NCBI RefSeq assembly: GCF_024521635.1
Contig: NW_026250427.1
Location: 310,001 to 374,000, forward strand
Source: Tricharina praecox
Taxonomy: Eukaryota
Reading direction: 5' to 3'
DNA: 64,000 bases
Of the stretch, positions 1 to 14,293 are shown one piece after another. Position 1 is the stretch's first letter. Every line of letters begins with the position of its first letter. Below the pieces are notes generated by a model. It saw only the letters and a list, made by a program, of their open reading frames with translations. It had not been told where the DNA came from and did not search any database. Position numbers and translations under genes: made by a program.

Positions 1-3000
1 GGCATGCTCGACTCTCGAGAGCTCAACCCTAACCACCACCCAACGCAACAGCTAGAGCTGCAGCTGGAGCGTCTCCCTGCCTAACACATCACCACCACCA
101 CCACCCCATTCGAGTGTCGCGCTACATACACCCGCGCTCTCGCGTCCAGAAACACCCCGCACGCCGACCGATAGTGGGGTAGTGAGAGGGGCTGCTAACT
201 AAGCCGACCACGCGGGGGTCCAGGTTCGACCGTTCGAGACCACACCCTACCTGTCAAGCACCTACCTACTACGTCACGGCGAGCGTCCCCACGGAACCTC
301 CACCTCCGTCGGCTATGTATACTTGCGCGGACGAGGAATCGAGCTTCATCCGTGACTCGCACTGCGGAGCTGTTGCTGCGCGGTGGCTCGAGACGGCCGC
401 ATACCGGCCTACATATGAACATCGCGATTCCACGCAACAGCAGCAGCACGGACGTCGGTACTTTAGCGGATACTGGGCTGGGCTGGGTTGGGCTGGGCAC
501 GAGGAATGATTGCGCGGAAGGGAGAGGCGGAGGTGTCGAGGGGGTCTGCTAAGCGAAGGCCGGATGAAGTCACCACTTCATCCCACGCTGGGCCGGTGGC
601 GACGGCGGTGGTGCAAGGTTCGCATTTACGGACCGGTCGGGAGCCGCTTCGAAACGTCGTTTCGATACTCTCTGCCGTAGCGTAGGTAGGAGGTAGGTAT
701 TGGGTTGAGTGTTGTTGAACTTGGGTAACCTGAAATCAGAGATGGAGATGGACGCTTGACTGGCACACTGGTTACTACCTAGTGACTGGAGAGGGAGAGG
801 GGCGCGCCCGGCGCCCTACAGTAGAGTACTATAGAGTAGTTACCAGGTATCTACCTATTCCCGGACGTCCTATCTTCGCATGGGCATTGAACATTGGAAA
901 TCGCCTTTAGGCTTCAATCGAGTTTGAGTGTACCTATTCTACCTAAAGTAGAGTACTTAGAGTCTATAGACCAAGTCGAGACCAGGACAAGCCTCAAGGG
1001 CGCGCACCACGACCACGACCTCCACCACCACTACGCACCCGAGGGGCGAAAAAAACCAGACATCATCCCCTTCCGCCAGAGTAGAGTACGAGTACTCTGG
1101 AATAGAGTAAATGCAGTGAACGGAGGCGATCCGTGGCGTCGTCACGAAATACCTAATGGCGAGGAGTGCCGTATGATAGTCAGTGGTGCCGAAGTGAGGG
1201 GCCGGGATCGGGGACTCGGGGAGCCCCCCAAAGCTAAGGAAAGCTAAGGAAAGCCTAGATGGCGTGCGAGTGCGAGACTGCGAGTGCAGTTCTGCTGGCT
1301 GTCGGGAATAAACCCTCGCGGCTGTAGTCTGTATCATAAGCCTCGTTGAAGCTACTCCGCTCTGGATACTTATCAAACCTAGAGCATGTACTCTACACAT
1401 GTACCCGAGTATGTACCTGTGTCCAACCGCAACGAAACAAGATGACGACGACAACACGGTGGGCGGACGGAGTGGACGAACAGGCGTTGCTCGGCGAAGC
1501 AAGATCCACCCGTCACGCCCCCACGCATCATCCACGGTAATTGGCTGGCTGGCTGGCTGGAGGAGGGGTGCTCTGGGCTTAGAGTACGTTCTTGCTCTAC
1601 TAATATAGATATTTGGAAGGTATAGAGCAGTTGGTTATGCAGGATAGGCACAAGGTAGGTATGATATGTCACGAGTTTCATGATTTCATGATTTCATAGT
1701 TTCATTTTCGTATGTACATACGGTACTGGTATATGGCCTAGGTGGGTAGGTAGTTGCTTTCGCGGATAGTCCCCGCGTGGATGGATGTCGCAGTTGATTC
1801 CAACCACGAAGACTCTGTAAGCGGAAAAAGAGGGATTTGACGGTATGTAGATACATACTGCCCATGCTGCTGCTGTGTGCATCCATCTATCTACGATTCT
1901 ACATACCCAGTACCCACGACGTCCCTAGCGCGAGGCGGTGGATATGATAACGACATTGGCCTGCTGCTGCAGCCTGCAGCCTGCAGCAACAGGCAGAGGA
2001 AACGCCCATCGCCTCGGTCGTAACTTTGCTCGATTCCATGGCGGTGGTTGTCGTCGGTCGAACGTCCGTCTCAACGACAAATCAACCCAACCCAACCCAA
2101 CCTGAAGGCTGATGCTGATGCTGGAAGAGTCGGAACTATGCATCACTACCATGCTCCTAGGTACTCTAGCATCTACATATGTACGGTAGATACCTATCTA
2201 CATACCCATCTCAGCTACCTAGCTAGCTAGCTAGATGCTTGCGGGTTTTTCGGAGCGGGGGGTGAGAGGAACTTCCAGGCTATGTATGCATAGGTACATA
2301 CGGTACTAACTACCTAGTAGTTTGTGGGTTCGTTCGTGCCGGGTACTTAGCATACACAGCCCAGAGCAACCCGGCGATCGTCACGGTCGAGATTGTGAAC
2401 TCTTTGTGAACCCTTTGCGGACGGGACGGTGTGTGGTGTTGTGTTGCGTGTAAGGGTGTGTGTGTGGTGACAAATATACCTAGGGTGGGTAATTGGCATG
2501 TATCCATTCCCGTCTCGTCTGAGGTGAAAGGGGAGGCAGACGTCTGACGAAGACGAAGAAAGAAAGCCACTGAAAGGGAAGTGACCCGAGGCCGGCCGGT
2601 TGGCTCGAATGTCGAATGTCGAATGTCGAAGCTGCACTCCTCTTCCTCGCAGGAACGATAGCCCGTCCGACATATCCATGCGTCGGAAACCCTTCAGGAT
2701 CCGTCGACGAGCAAGCCATTTCAGCGCCGGCGGACGCACAAGAACATACTCACAGAGAGCTCGAGACTCGACTTCGAGACTCGCGAGCGTTGTTTGAATT
2801 TATCCCTGGACCCATCGTTATTCGTTACTCGTTGGTCTCCTATGAAGACTCTGCATAGAGTCTAGAGCCCCCTCCCCCTCGTCCAACGGCGAAGGGGAAA
2901 TGGTCCGCGGCTATGTACTCTACTACATATACCGGTACATACGAGGGGCGAGGCGTCTGGAAACAAGTTGGGGTCGGAGGCCGCAGGCCGCAGAATCCGG

Positions 3001-3383
3001 TGCCAAGGTGCTGGAAAATCTGCACGAAGGTTTCCCCCCCGCTCTCCTTGGTCCTTCGTCCTGAAGAATTCGCGATGAGTGGGGAGGAACTTGGGCCTAG
3101 AATAGAGGATGGAGAAAGGCTGGCTGACTGACTTGCTTGCTTGCGGTATGATATAACATCTACCGACGACATCCAATTACCGTATGTACCGGTACTCTAC
3201 GGTACCTGTACGGCCCTCATCTCTTCCGTTTGTTCTCTCGTTATTGGCTCTTCTCGGAGTCTCTTTTCGTCGTCGTTCCTTCCTTCCTTTCTTCCTTCCT
3301 TGCGAGATTGCTGTCCGGCATATGTAGGGGTATCTAGAGTAACTACCGCCGGCTATGTAACTACAACAGTCATTGAGGGGAGA

Positions 3384-3428
3384 AGACTCAAGACTCAAGA
3401 CTCAAGACTCAAGACTCAAGACTCAAGA
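3384..3428 (+). repeat. (AAGACTC)n microsatellite
   Basis: About six tandem 7-mers. Confidence 0.9.
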
Positions 3429-6400
3429 GACACCGAAGCCTGGAGGTCGCTCGTGGAACGTCAACACGAAGCAACTCAAGTACTGCCTTGCCTTGTACCA
3501 TCTCCGACGGAAGGGACTCTCGCGCCGCTCGTAACTCTTGGTGTTTGGAGGATGCAGCCCCCTTGTCGCAAGACTTCCAGGGCTGTGCCTCGCGCTCGGC
3601 AGGTCAAGTGGACTCTGGAGGTTGTTCACTTGTGGCGATGTGCAAACCCGCAGGAAGGCTGTAACTACCTCTAGGTGCAGTACTATCGAGGTTCGGGGAT
3701 ACCTGCCTTAGCTAGACGAGTACTAGCACTTGTGTAGAATACCTTCCGGCCTGCCCGAGAGTCGAGTGACCTTCTCGCTCGCTCCGCAAGCAGCACCTTG
3801 AAAAATCTCAACAACTTGCGATCAAACTTTGATGGTTCTGTACGGTAGATATCGGTGGCCATCCACGTTCGTTCGCTTGTTCGTTCGGTCGGTCGGTTTT
3901 TCATGCTCCTCCATGCTCGATGTGCCCATTCATCATGCACGGACAACGCGGACAAAAAAAAAGAGTAAGGAAAGAAAAAAGAAGGACGGGATTAAAGAAG
4001 AAGGAAAAAAGGAAAGAAAAAAATGGATGGCCATAGATCTACTAGTGATAAAGTAACGATCCAGAGTAGCGATCAGTTTCCTGTCCAAATTCTATTCATT
4101 CAATATCCTCCTCCAATAACCAACCGTTGCGCGCGTTGCTTTGGTGGTGCCGCGTGCGTCACCGAGCAAGTCAAGATTTTCTTTGCACTATGAGGGGTGG
4201 GGTGGGGTGCGGGGGGTACATACATCGCTGGACGCGTAAAGTGGTAAAGTGAGGAATCTTCTTCTTCGTCGTCTGACGCCGTGGATGCAGTGGGATACCG
4301 GTCTGTGACTCTGTGGTGGGCCAGCTTGTACTCTACATACATGTCAATCTAGCGGTGGTGGTGCATTCATTCCTTCATTCATCCCGATTCCCGTTACCTG
4401 TGTTTGTTACCTACTTCAAACTTACTCTACATACTTGTTATGTACCCCTTCCGGCCCCTTGAAAGTTGAGGCTTGGTTGGGCCTTTATGTACACATTCCC
4501 GAATCTCTCAGTGTGCCAACCAACTACTCTATCGACGGTGGCTGATATTTGATCATGCTGGTCTGCTTATCTTCGTGGCGTGGGGGGGAATGTCGACCGT
4601 TCCGTTCAGTTGTCGATGAAAGAAGCGACCTCTTTCACTAACCACCATCCGCTTCATCGCCGACGATTCGGCCCAGCTCGCATCGCAGGATCGAACATCG
4701 AACGGACGGAGGGGGAGGGGTTGATCCGACCGGAAATCTCCACCCACTGCCCAACTGCGGCTCCCGTGCACTTAGAAGGTATGTAGGTACGATACTGTCG
4801 AATCTCGATACATGCACCCCCTTCACTTCACTTCACTTCACTTCTACGAGGGGACGAGACGCGAATGGAGAAGGAAGCACAAGTTTTCAACAACCTACCT
4901 TACCGTGGGCGTATCTGTGCGTACAACATCTGCTCGTTTCTGCTGGTGTTATATATCTAACTATGGGGGCTGGAAGTTACATATCATGCCTAGATACCCA
5001 ATGCGGGTAAAGCGAGTGAGACTCATCGTCGCCCGGCCGAGAGTCGAGATATCCATCACTCGTAGTTACTCGTACTCGTAAGTAGACGTGGCCATGGTGC
5101 GTATGTGCATACCGGGCTATGTAGAGTACCTTTCCTCCATTATTCCGTGACGCTCGGGGAGCGAAATTATATTGTGGCGGTATACATAATTTATGTACTA
5201 GTAGAGTACATACCTGGATAACTACTACTCCCCACGCTCACGTTGGGGCGCAACCAGTATTGGCCCTTTCGGAGGATCGCAACATTGCACATAGAGTACT
5301 CTACCAATGCACATACATACGAGACGATCTCGCTGACAATTTCTAATTTGTCGTCGTCTGGTGGGGCCGGAGGTATGTAAAGTACCAGTACTCTACTCTA
5401 CTATGATTGCGAATCACGATTGCCTTGCCTTACACTGACTTCACTTCACTTCACTCGGCGCTCTTTCCAGCTACATACCTCGAACCCCGTCCATATGTAC
5501 CTAGTCCCGCGTCCGCCGTCCGCAGTCCGCAAGATTCCTTGTTATGTTGTGTATTTTAGGCGTTCACCCCCCCATCCCCGTCCCTTGTCTCCCATCCCCG
5601 TCCCCCGTCCCCTCCATCCCCCCCGTCCCCCCGTGACTTGCAAGTTGCACCGCCGCCGTGCCTTATCCGATCTGCTAGTAAGTAGAGTACATAGACTCTA
5701 GAGTACCTAGTGTACCTAGTGTCGATGGGGGAGCAGACTGAGCATCGTAATCAGCATCATCATAACCAGCATTATCACCAGCATCGTCTTCATTATCTGA
5801 GCAAACTTTGCCGGCGTGCATTGATATCGACGAAGCATCCTACATAGGCAAGAAGTAAGAGTGAGTAGAGTACATGACCTGCTGCTGGAGTTGACGGCCG
5901 CGCTCAGGTATCTATTATATCGATCATGGGTTGTGGCTGCCTGTCTGTCTGTCTGTAAGTGTAAAGTGGAGGTATGAGTGTGTCGTGTACCGGTATGTGC
6001 AATAGGTACTCAACTTCTTCGCCTTCTTTGTCTACTTCTTTCTTCTTTCTTCTCCCAAAACTAGAGTTCGGGAGCGGATACTCTATCTACTATTATGGTA
6101 GTTAGGCGCGAGTCACGAGTGCCGTGACAAGTTCTTCAGGGAGGGGAGGAGGGAAGGGGGAGATGTTTATCGTGAATTAATTTTGTTTCGAGATTGGGGG
6201 TGGAGAACGCAGGACCTCGAGCAGGACCTCGAGCTTTGGGCGGAACCACTGATTGGCCAGTGTCCAGTGTCCAGGGGAGGAGTGCAGCGCGGCGCCGGCG
6301 GACCACAGTAACTTACCTAACCATCCCCCCACCAAGAACAAAGAACCAAGAGTGGAACATCACCAGCGGTCCACCACCACCAGCAGCACCACCACCAGCA

Positions 6401-7377
6401 CGATCACGATCCTTCCTCATCAAGGAAAGGAATCAAACACACCCCCCACCCGTGACCCCACCCCAACCCAGCCTACCCGAGTTACCGTGCTCCACTCCAC
6501 TTCAACCCAACACAACACTCATCTCCAGGCTCGCTTTTCCGGTGTTTCCTCCTTGTTTGCGAGACCACCGACCACCGACCGGCATAACTACCTAGGTGAC
6601 GGTGATGATGGTGGTGATGATGGATGGATGGACGCCTCAATAATCAGACACGCACCCACACCCTCGGCACATATTGTTATTATTATTCGACAGCAGCAGC
6701 TCGAGAACTCACTCCCTCACTCACTCACCGCATACCGTAGGTTTCGGAGGAGCTCGTTTTTTTTTGCCGAGTGTATGCGATGCGATGCGCGAGTCTCTAG
6801 GTGGTTTCTCACGTCGAGGAGTAACCACAAGTTCGCTGGTTGGTAAGCCGTTCATCTCGGATTGCAGAACCTCGATGGACGCTACCATCCCGGTCCTGCG
6901 TGTACTCTACTCGGGTGGACCGTGGATGTACTCCAGAGTACATGCATGTACAATACAATACGTATCGTATGTATCGTATCGAAGTCACGTTTCGCAGAAA
7001 TCTTGTCGCACTGCACAGGCGGCAGGAGTCGATGGGACGGGCGTCCGGCGTCGGGCGAGGGCGCGCGACGTGGGAGCAGTGCAACAAGATTGCGACTGCG
7101 ACTGCGACTGCGACGACGGAATACGGGGATATCGGCGGCGAGTAGAGAAGGGTAGAGTGGAGAAGGGTAGAGTGGAGAAGAGTACTATATAGCAGAATAG
7201 AAAAGAGTGGAGCAGAATAGAAAAGAGTTGTCAGAATAGGAAAGCGTACAACCTAATAGCAAAGAGAATAGAAAAGACTAGAGCAGAATAGACAGAATAG
7301 GAAAGAGCATTGCGGAGTAGAACGAGTAGAGTTGAGCATGTACTGGACGCCAGGATCGGTGGCACCTATGAATATAT

Positions 7378-7450
7378 CTCCAACTCTCCAACTCTCCAAC
7401 TCTCCAACTCTCCAACTCTCCAACTCTCCAACTCTCCATCTCTCCAATTC
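7378..7450 (+). repeat. (CTCCAACT)n microsatellite
   Basis: About eight tandem 8-mers. Confidence 0.9.
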
Positions 7451-8269
7451 TCCATCTCACCAGTTCTCTCTATCTCTCTCTCTCCCCCCCTAAACCACCA
7501 CACCGCCACAACACGGCGACACTCCCGTATGTACCAGTACATATGACGCGCGTCGTCGGATCCGTCGCACCTTTCCCGAAGGCCGGAGGTCGTCGGGACG
7601 GCCTCCAGTTGTCCGTCCGTCCGTTGCACGTCAGGATTCCTCAGGAGTCCCTAACTACTCTCGATACATACACACATATGTTCGTGAAGCGCTTGTTATG
7701 TTGTCTCCGAAAAGAAATCTTATGTATGATGTAGCACGTTCCGAGCTGACTCGTGCGCGCTCCCAACCAACTCTCACCTAACTCATGGCAGCAAGGTAAA
7801 GCAAAGCAAAGCCACCGTTCCATCATAGGCATTATTGCATGCCTGGCCTGACCCGACCCTCGCCTGAGTCGCCTCGCAGCATGTCTATCGTTCCTTCCAT
7901 CCATCCAAGTCTCTACTCTACACAACTCACTTTATGTAGTTACCTGCACTTCACTTCCGGATGAACGCTGTGAGCTGTGAGCTCTGAGTGGCTGACCTGA
8001 CCTGGATCAGCTCCCTTCCTTGTCCGGCAAAGAAATAATCTTTTTGCGTGTGCGTGTGTCTCTCTGCCTGTCTCCGTCTACTCTAGCTAGCCCGGTGAGG
8101 CCAGCGAGTCGGATTGATACATGGAGGAGGGGGAAAGGGAAAGGGAAAAAGGAACAAAGGGGGACGGTTGCAGACGGGAAGGGAGCGAAGGGAAGTTCAC
8201 TTGTTCGTTCGTGCGTTCGCTCGTTCAGGACGGGCTGCACGGAAGGAAAAGGAAAGAACGACAGAACGG

Positions 8270-8368
8270 GAGAACGAAAGAAAGAAAGAAGAAAGAAAGA
8301 AGAACGAAAGAAAGAAAGAAGAAGAAGAGAAGAACGAAAGAAAGAAAGAAGAAGAAGAGAAGAAAAAA
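8270..8368 (+). repeat. Polypurine tandem repeat, unit ~27-30 bp (AGAACGAAAGAAAGAAAGAAGAA...)
   Basis: Three near-identical units, almost purely A/G. Confidence 0.85.
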
Positions 8369-11187
8369 CACCACTCCCGTCCAGTCCCGTCGTATCGTGT
8401 CCGTCCAAAGAGTCAGTCAAGACCAAGCATCAGCATCAGCATCAGCACCAGCAGCAGTATCTAAACAAAGCGACCTTTTCTTTTCCTACTTCCTGCTTCC
8501 TGCTCTGCTTCCTCCAAAGTCCATCCACCGCCACGATAGGTAATCTAGAGTATGTAGAGTACCTATTCCAGCCCACGCCCGATATCGAAATTGGGGCGAG
8601 GGAGGGGGGGATGGGGTGTGGTGTGTGGTGTGTGGTGTGTGGTGTGTGGGGTGTGGGGTGTGGTGTGTGGTGTGTGTGGCCAGGACTCAGGAGGGGGCGT
8701 TTGGGTAGGGTAGGTTTGACTTGAATCTTCTCTTGAAGGGGTGGGGAAAGGAAAGGAAAGGAGGTGTATGAATGTAGAGTACTCTACTCTATGTATGATA
8801 TGCATGGACGTGTGTTGCGTGCGTGTGTGGGATGTGTGAACGAACGAACGAGTTCGGGCGGGTGCGACAGTTGCAGTTGCAGAGAAAGGGACTCACTCCC
8901 TCCCGTTAGCATGGTGTCTGTTTGGTGTCTTGTTTCTGTTTGGTGTCTTGTTTCTGTTTGGTTCACCGTTCCGGTCACGACGACGACGACCCTGACGTTC
9001 TATCTCTCTCTCTCGATCGTGACAATTATTGCTTGCGGAATTTGGGGGCGGGCGCGCGAGTGAGTGAGCGGTTGCTTCAGGATATGATCTATGTAATTCC
9101 CCACTCCCGTACAGGTCTGAGGAGTACTCTACCGTACTAGGTATAGTTGCTCCTATTAGAGGGTGGTTTCGGTTGTTCGTGGGATGTTCGCCGTGCACAC
9201 TGGACGGTGCTGGTGCTGGGTTCGACGGCCATAGCCCCGAGCGGTGAGTGCGATGGGCTGTGTTGACTCTTGAGGATACTCTGCTAGTATCTTCATCGAT
9301 ATGTAGAGGGATAGGTGAGTGCTACTACGACTACTACGACTACATACCACAACCCCGCGATGCTGTGCTCTGGAAAGGTACTCTATCGTACTGGGCGGTG
9401 GCTTGCGGATTATGGCGATGCCCCACCGCCCAGAGGCGGCCGCCCACCGCCCACCGCGCATCGGCCAGTGGCCAGCCCATATCACCCACGCTGAGGCGAT
9501 TCTATGTAGCCTCCAGGCTCCAAGTGGTGGTGGTGGTGGTGGTGGCTTTCGCAGCTCAGGATGGATTCGCGTCTTTCGGCCAGGCAGACGGCCTTAGTCC
9601 GTTCCCCCTGTCTCCCGTCACCCTCTCGGGCCTGACCGGGGGTTGACTTGGGTTGAGTTTCCGGCTGACTTCGACTCGAACTTTCTCTTGCCTTTCCTTC
9701 CTACATATGATAGTTATCCTTCTTTCCTTTTTACACTACTCTCGACTCTCGTGCCGGTAATCATACGCTCTGGTTGGTTGGTTGGTCTCCTGGGTATGAT
9801 ACTCCTGCGCACCGACGAGAAACACTCACACTCGCACTCACACTTACACTCACACGATTACCGCCGCCGCCCCGGGTTGGGTTGGGTGATGGCGAGTCGC
9901 GACGAGCGAGGAGAATAGAGCAGAGGATGGCGAGGATGGGCGTACTCTAGAGTAGAGTACAGTAACGAGGCGGCACGCGTCCAGGCGTCCTGACTCCTGA
10001 CTCCTTCGCGATCTGGGCGAGAAAACGCCGACCCGACCGACCGACTGGACCAATCGTGTAGATACCTAGAGTACTCTACGTTACGTGCGTGGAGCGAGGG
10101 GGTTCTCAGACTACCTAGAGTAGAATAGTCGGTGCCGGCATGCGTTGATGCGTTGATTTTTCCGTTTCGATTCGCAGGTAGGCCGCGATATCGTCACGAA
10201 GGGTATGTTGGGTACGGTAGACGGAGTGCGGCATCATCATCACGAGAGAGAGAGAAGTCGAGAGCCCCTCTGCTCGAGAGCGACCAACCACTACTCTACA
10301 TCTACCCTAGCACCTACGCTAGACTCTGCTAGATGACTTCATTAGTATTGGGATAGGCTGAAGACAGGGGCTCAGCCTTGCTGTGCGACCCTCATAACTT
10401 TCTCATTTTTTCTTCAAACCAGCGATTTAATTATCACCACAACCACTGTTCAAGACGTTCTCTTTCCCTCGAGCATCTTTTGACATTATCATCATGATAG
10501 TTGTAGTGGCTGGGACCGTTGGGTGATGAGAGAGAGATCCTCTCACTATCATCAGCCTCATCTTGCAGCGCCAAGATTCAGCCTATCCCAATACTAATGA
10601 AAACAACCGTCCAACTTTCAGCACGGAAATCGCAGCCCCAGAAGCAGCCGACACTGGCCAGCCAGCCAGCAAACAGGAAGTTGAGATGCGGTTTGCACCT
10701 TCCTGTTGGTTGGTTGGTTGGTTGGTTTGTCGGTCGGCACATCCCCCTCTCCCCTCTCCCCTCTCCCCTCTCCCCTCTCCCCTCTCCCCTCCCCTCCCCT
10801 TTCATCAATCGAAGCTCGATCCTTCACGGCCGCGGTGCCAGCCAGCCAGCCAGCCAGCCCGCCCGCCGCCGGCTCCACGATCCCTACTCTACATACATAT
10901 GCATATACATATCCCTATCCCTATCCCTTGTTATCCCTTTGATCTGATCCCCCCCCAACTTGCTCCTCCTCTGATCCTCACACGGACTGGACTGCTCTCT
11001 GCAAGTCTGCAAGTCTCGTGGCCATCCAGTCCGAAGAAAAAATCAGGACAGGCTCACTACAGGTTAGATACAGGTTGCAGGTTACAGCCTCCACGGAGTC
11101 CACACAGTCCACACAGCAGCAGGTGGGGCTGCAGCACTGGCAGTGGGCAGTCGGGAGTGGGCACAGCCAGCGAAAGCCACCAACTCA

Positions 11188-11362
11188 ACACACATATTTG
11201 GTTAATCACACTCACACTCACATTTGGTTAATCACACTCACACTCACACACATATTTGGTTAATCACACTCACACTCACACACATATTTGGTTAATCACA
11301 CACACATATTTGGTTAATCACACACACATATTTGGTTAATCACACTCACACTCACACACACA
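11188..11362 (+). repeat. Minisatellite with six TTTGGTTAATCAC cores separated by CA-rich linkers
   Basis: Cores at 11197, 11223, 11255, 11287, 11309, 11331. Confidence 0.9.
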
Positions 11363-11683
11363 TCGCATCCCGGTGGTGCTGCCCGGAGAGTAGACTCTAG
11401 AGTAGAGTACACACATACGCAGTGCAGAGTAGATGGAGTAACGGAGGACTTGCTTCCTTCATACACTTTCGCTTGGTGTTTGTGTGTTTGTGTGTTCGTC
11501 AAACAGCCCCCAGCCAGGCCATGACTAGAGTATCGTGTCGGCTGCGTTCTGTGCGCGCCGTCTTCTCTCGAGAGTCTCTCTCTCCTGCCTGAGGTCTGCT
11601 CGCTCGTGCTTGCGACGGTATGTACCTGGCCCTAGGCCAGAGATGGAGAGAGACGGAGACGGAGCCAGAGCCAAAACCACAAA

Positions 11684-11714
<31 letters not shown>

Positions 11715-12710
11715 CAGCGCCAAAGACGAATCCCCCCCATGGCCCACCAGTCGTCCTGGAACTAGGTAGAGCACTTACCCTGGAGTACTCTAGATACTTT
11801 GCCTAGCAGGTACACCAGAGTACGGTCCCCAGCCCCAGCAGCGCCGTCCAGCGCGGCCACCACCTCCACCACCACCACCATCGTCCATCGTCCATCCCAC
11901 CACACGCACACACACCCAGTGCCCACCCACCCATGCACCCATGCACCTCCCAAAAAAGAGAGAAGAGAAAAAAGAGAAGAAAAGAAGAAAAGAAAAAAGA
12001 AGAAAAAAGAAGAACATCCGCACTGGGCTAAACTAAGCCAAACTGAGCCAAACCTACCCAGCTAAACCGGGGAGACGCTTATCCTCCTCGAACCTTCAAC
12101 TTCCTCAGTTGCTCACTCTGCTCACTGCTCGGTCACTCACCACTCACCCACCTCGGCCCTCAACCCTTCGCTCCTCGTTCTATTCTGCCGTATTCTACTC
12201 TAGAGTCTATGTGCCGTGGTTACGGCGTAACTACTCTGCCTCCTCACTCATGCTCATGTAACTCCTCACACTCTATTCTACATCTGCTACCTATGCTACA
12301 TCCTCCTCCCCCGTCAACTCCGCCCCGGCACGCGCCGCCGCTTGCTTGCCTGCCTGCCTGCCTGCCTGCTTTGCCTGCGAGGAAAAAGTGGCAAAGCGCG
12401 GCGGCGTCTTCTCGCCCATAACCCATACCCATACCCATACCGATACACACATAGCATCGATCCGGACTGACTGGCCCTAAAACTGTTTACTCATTCAAAT
12501 CCTTCCCAACCCAACCCAAATCAACCCCAACCCAGCCCAACCCCCATCCCGTCCCTCCTCGTCGTCGCCTGCCTGCCTGCCTGCCTGCCTGGCCTGCCTG
12601 GCCTATCGGCGTAGAGAGAGAGTACCAATCCAACCCCCGCGCGCCCCGCCTACCCTTTACGCTCTCCTCTCCTCAACCACCACCACCACCACCACCACCC
12701 CCTTCGTCCA

Positions 12711-12809
12711 ACTAAACTCAACTTAACTCAACTTAACTCAACTTAACTCAACTTAACTCAACTTAACTCAACTTAACTCAACTTAACTCAACTTAACTCA
12801 ACTTAACTC
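12711..12809 (+). repeat. (ACTTAACTCA)n 10-bp tandem repeat
   Basis: About ten units, ~790 bp upstream of the cyclin ATG. Confidence 0.95.
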
Positions 12810-13595
12810 CCCCCCGTTCCGAATCCCAATCCGGTATGATATGACATGACGTTAGTGTTACGGTACCAGACCAGACCGTCGTAGCGCTCTCAAAGTCAAG
12901 TCAGTCAAGTCAGTCAAGTCACCATCGAGCGAGAGCGTGAGAGAGATAGAGAGACAGACCGAGAGAGAGACAGAGAGAGAGAGAGCACAGGCACAAGCAC
13001 AAGCACAAGCAACCCACCAAGAAGAGCCCACACCAGCACGAACACCAAAGAAGTTACTCACTTACTGACTTACCTGGCGCCCTTGTCCACCACCATCCAC
13101 CACCGCCGTCGCCGCCGCTTGTCCCGTTCGGTGGCTGTCGCTTGGCGAATCACGCACCCACGCGGATTGTGATCTTAACTTCATCTTTCCTGCTCCTACA
13201 AAAACTCCCTTCATCCCGATCCCACCCCCCCCCCCCCCCCCCCCCCCCCAATCCCAGGCGCTACATACAACATTCTCTCACACCATACATAGACACCATC
13301 CCCCTCCCCCCTACCCATCCCACCCCCCGGTTCAGCTCCCTCTGCCGAACGAAAGGAACGGACATCCAGTGCCTGACGGGGCCAAAGCGGAACAGGAATT
13401 ACTTTTTTATATCACCGTTACCCATCGCTCCTTGCGGGGTTGCACCGGACGCGTCCTACTGCCTCGTGAACCCGTACTCCTCATATTCTACAGCATTCCC
13501 ACCCGTCTCCACTACCACCACCACCACCACAATCACAACTACCACCACCAACCCCACCCCCCTCCCCCACCCTCCCGGGTCTCTTTTTGTTGATC

Positions 13596-14258
13596 ATGAT
13601 GGAGTTTGCACCGAGACCCTTTGTTCGCCCGCCGTCATCGTCTGCAACCTCGTTTCACCCCCTCCACATCCTACGTCCGTCATCGGCTACATCTACCGCT
13701 CCTCCTCCTCCTCCTCCAGCCCTCCCTATACCTCGTCCGTCAACCTCCTTTGGCCAACTCTCGGACTACAGATTACGCTCGGATATACGGATAGTGGAGG
13801 ATACCTCGAACCGGAAACCTGAGCAGGCGCGGTTCTGGGATAATTCGACCGCCCGACGACCATCGCGCCCCTACAGCATTAGCCCACCGCAACCGCCGTC
13901 CTCTTCCTCCCGACAACAGTCTTCGAATTTTAGATCGCAACCGGAAACCAGGCAACAAGCAGTGAAGGAGGAGGAGGTGCTGGTGGACGTGCTGGAGGAG
14001 GAGAAGAGGTCAACCCGGAAGCAGCAGCTGGACGACTTCTGGAAGAATTCACTCACACGACTACCCAGCCCGCCGACGAGACGCGCTAGCTACAGCAGCG
14101 CTGGTCCACAGCCGGTACCGACAAGACGTCGCAACTCCAGTTGTCGCATGGGTGCAACCATGACTGTTCCTCCGACAATCAACAATACCAAAGGCGCGAT
14201 GGCGGACTTTGCTGCGCAGGTACGAACCACCCCCCGCCCTAAATTCAGCGCCTGCGTT

Positions 14259-14293
<35 letters not shown>

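Noticed and set aside
11188..11362. CRISPR-like repeat/spacer look
   Set aside because: The linkers are short CA repeats rather than unique spacers; the DNA is eukaryotic and there are no cas genes.
195..13061. Dozens of 60-230 aa ORFs in the left desert
   Set aside because: They are translations of microsatellites and low-complexity DNA, with no domains and no consistent splice chains.
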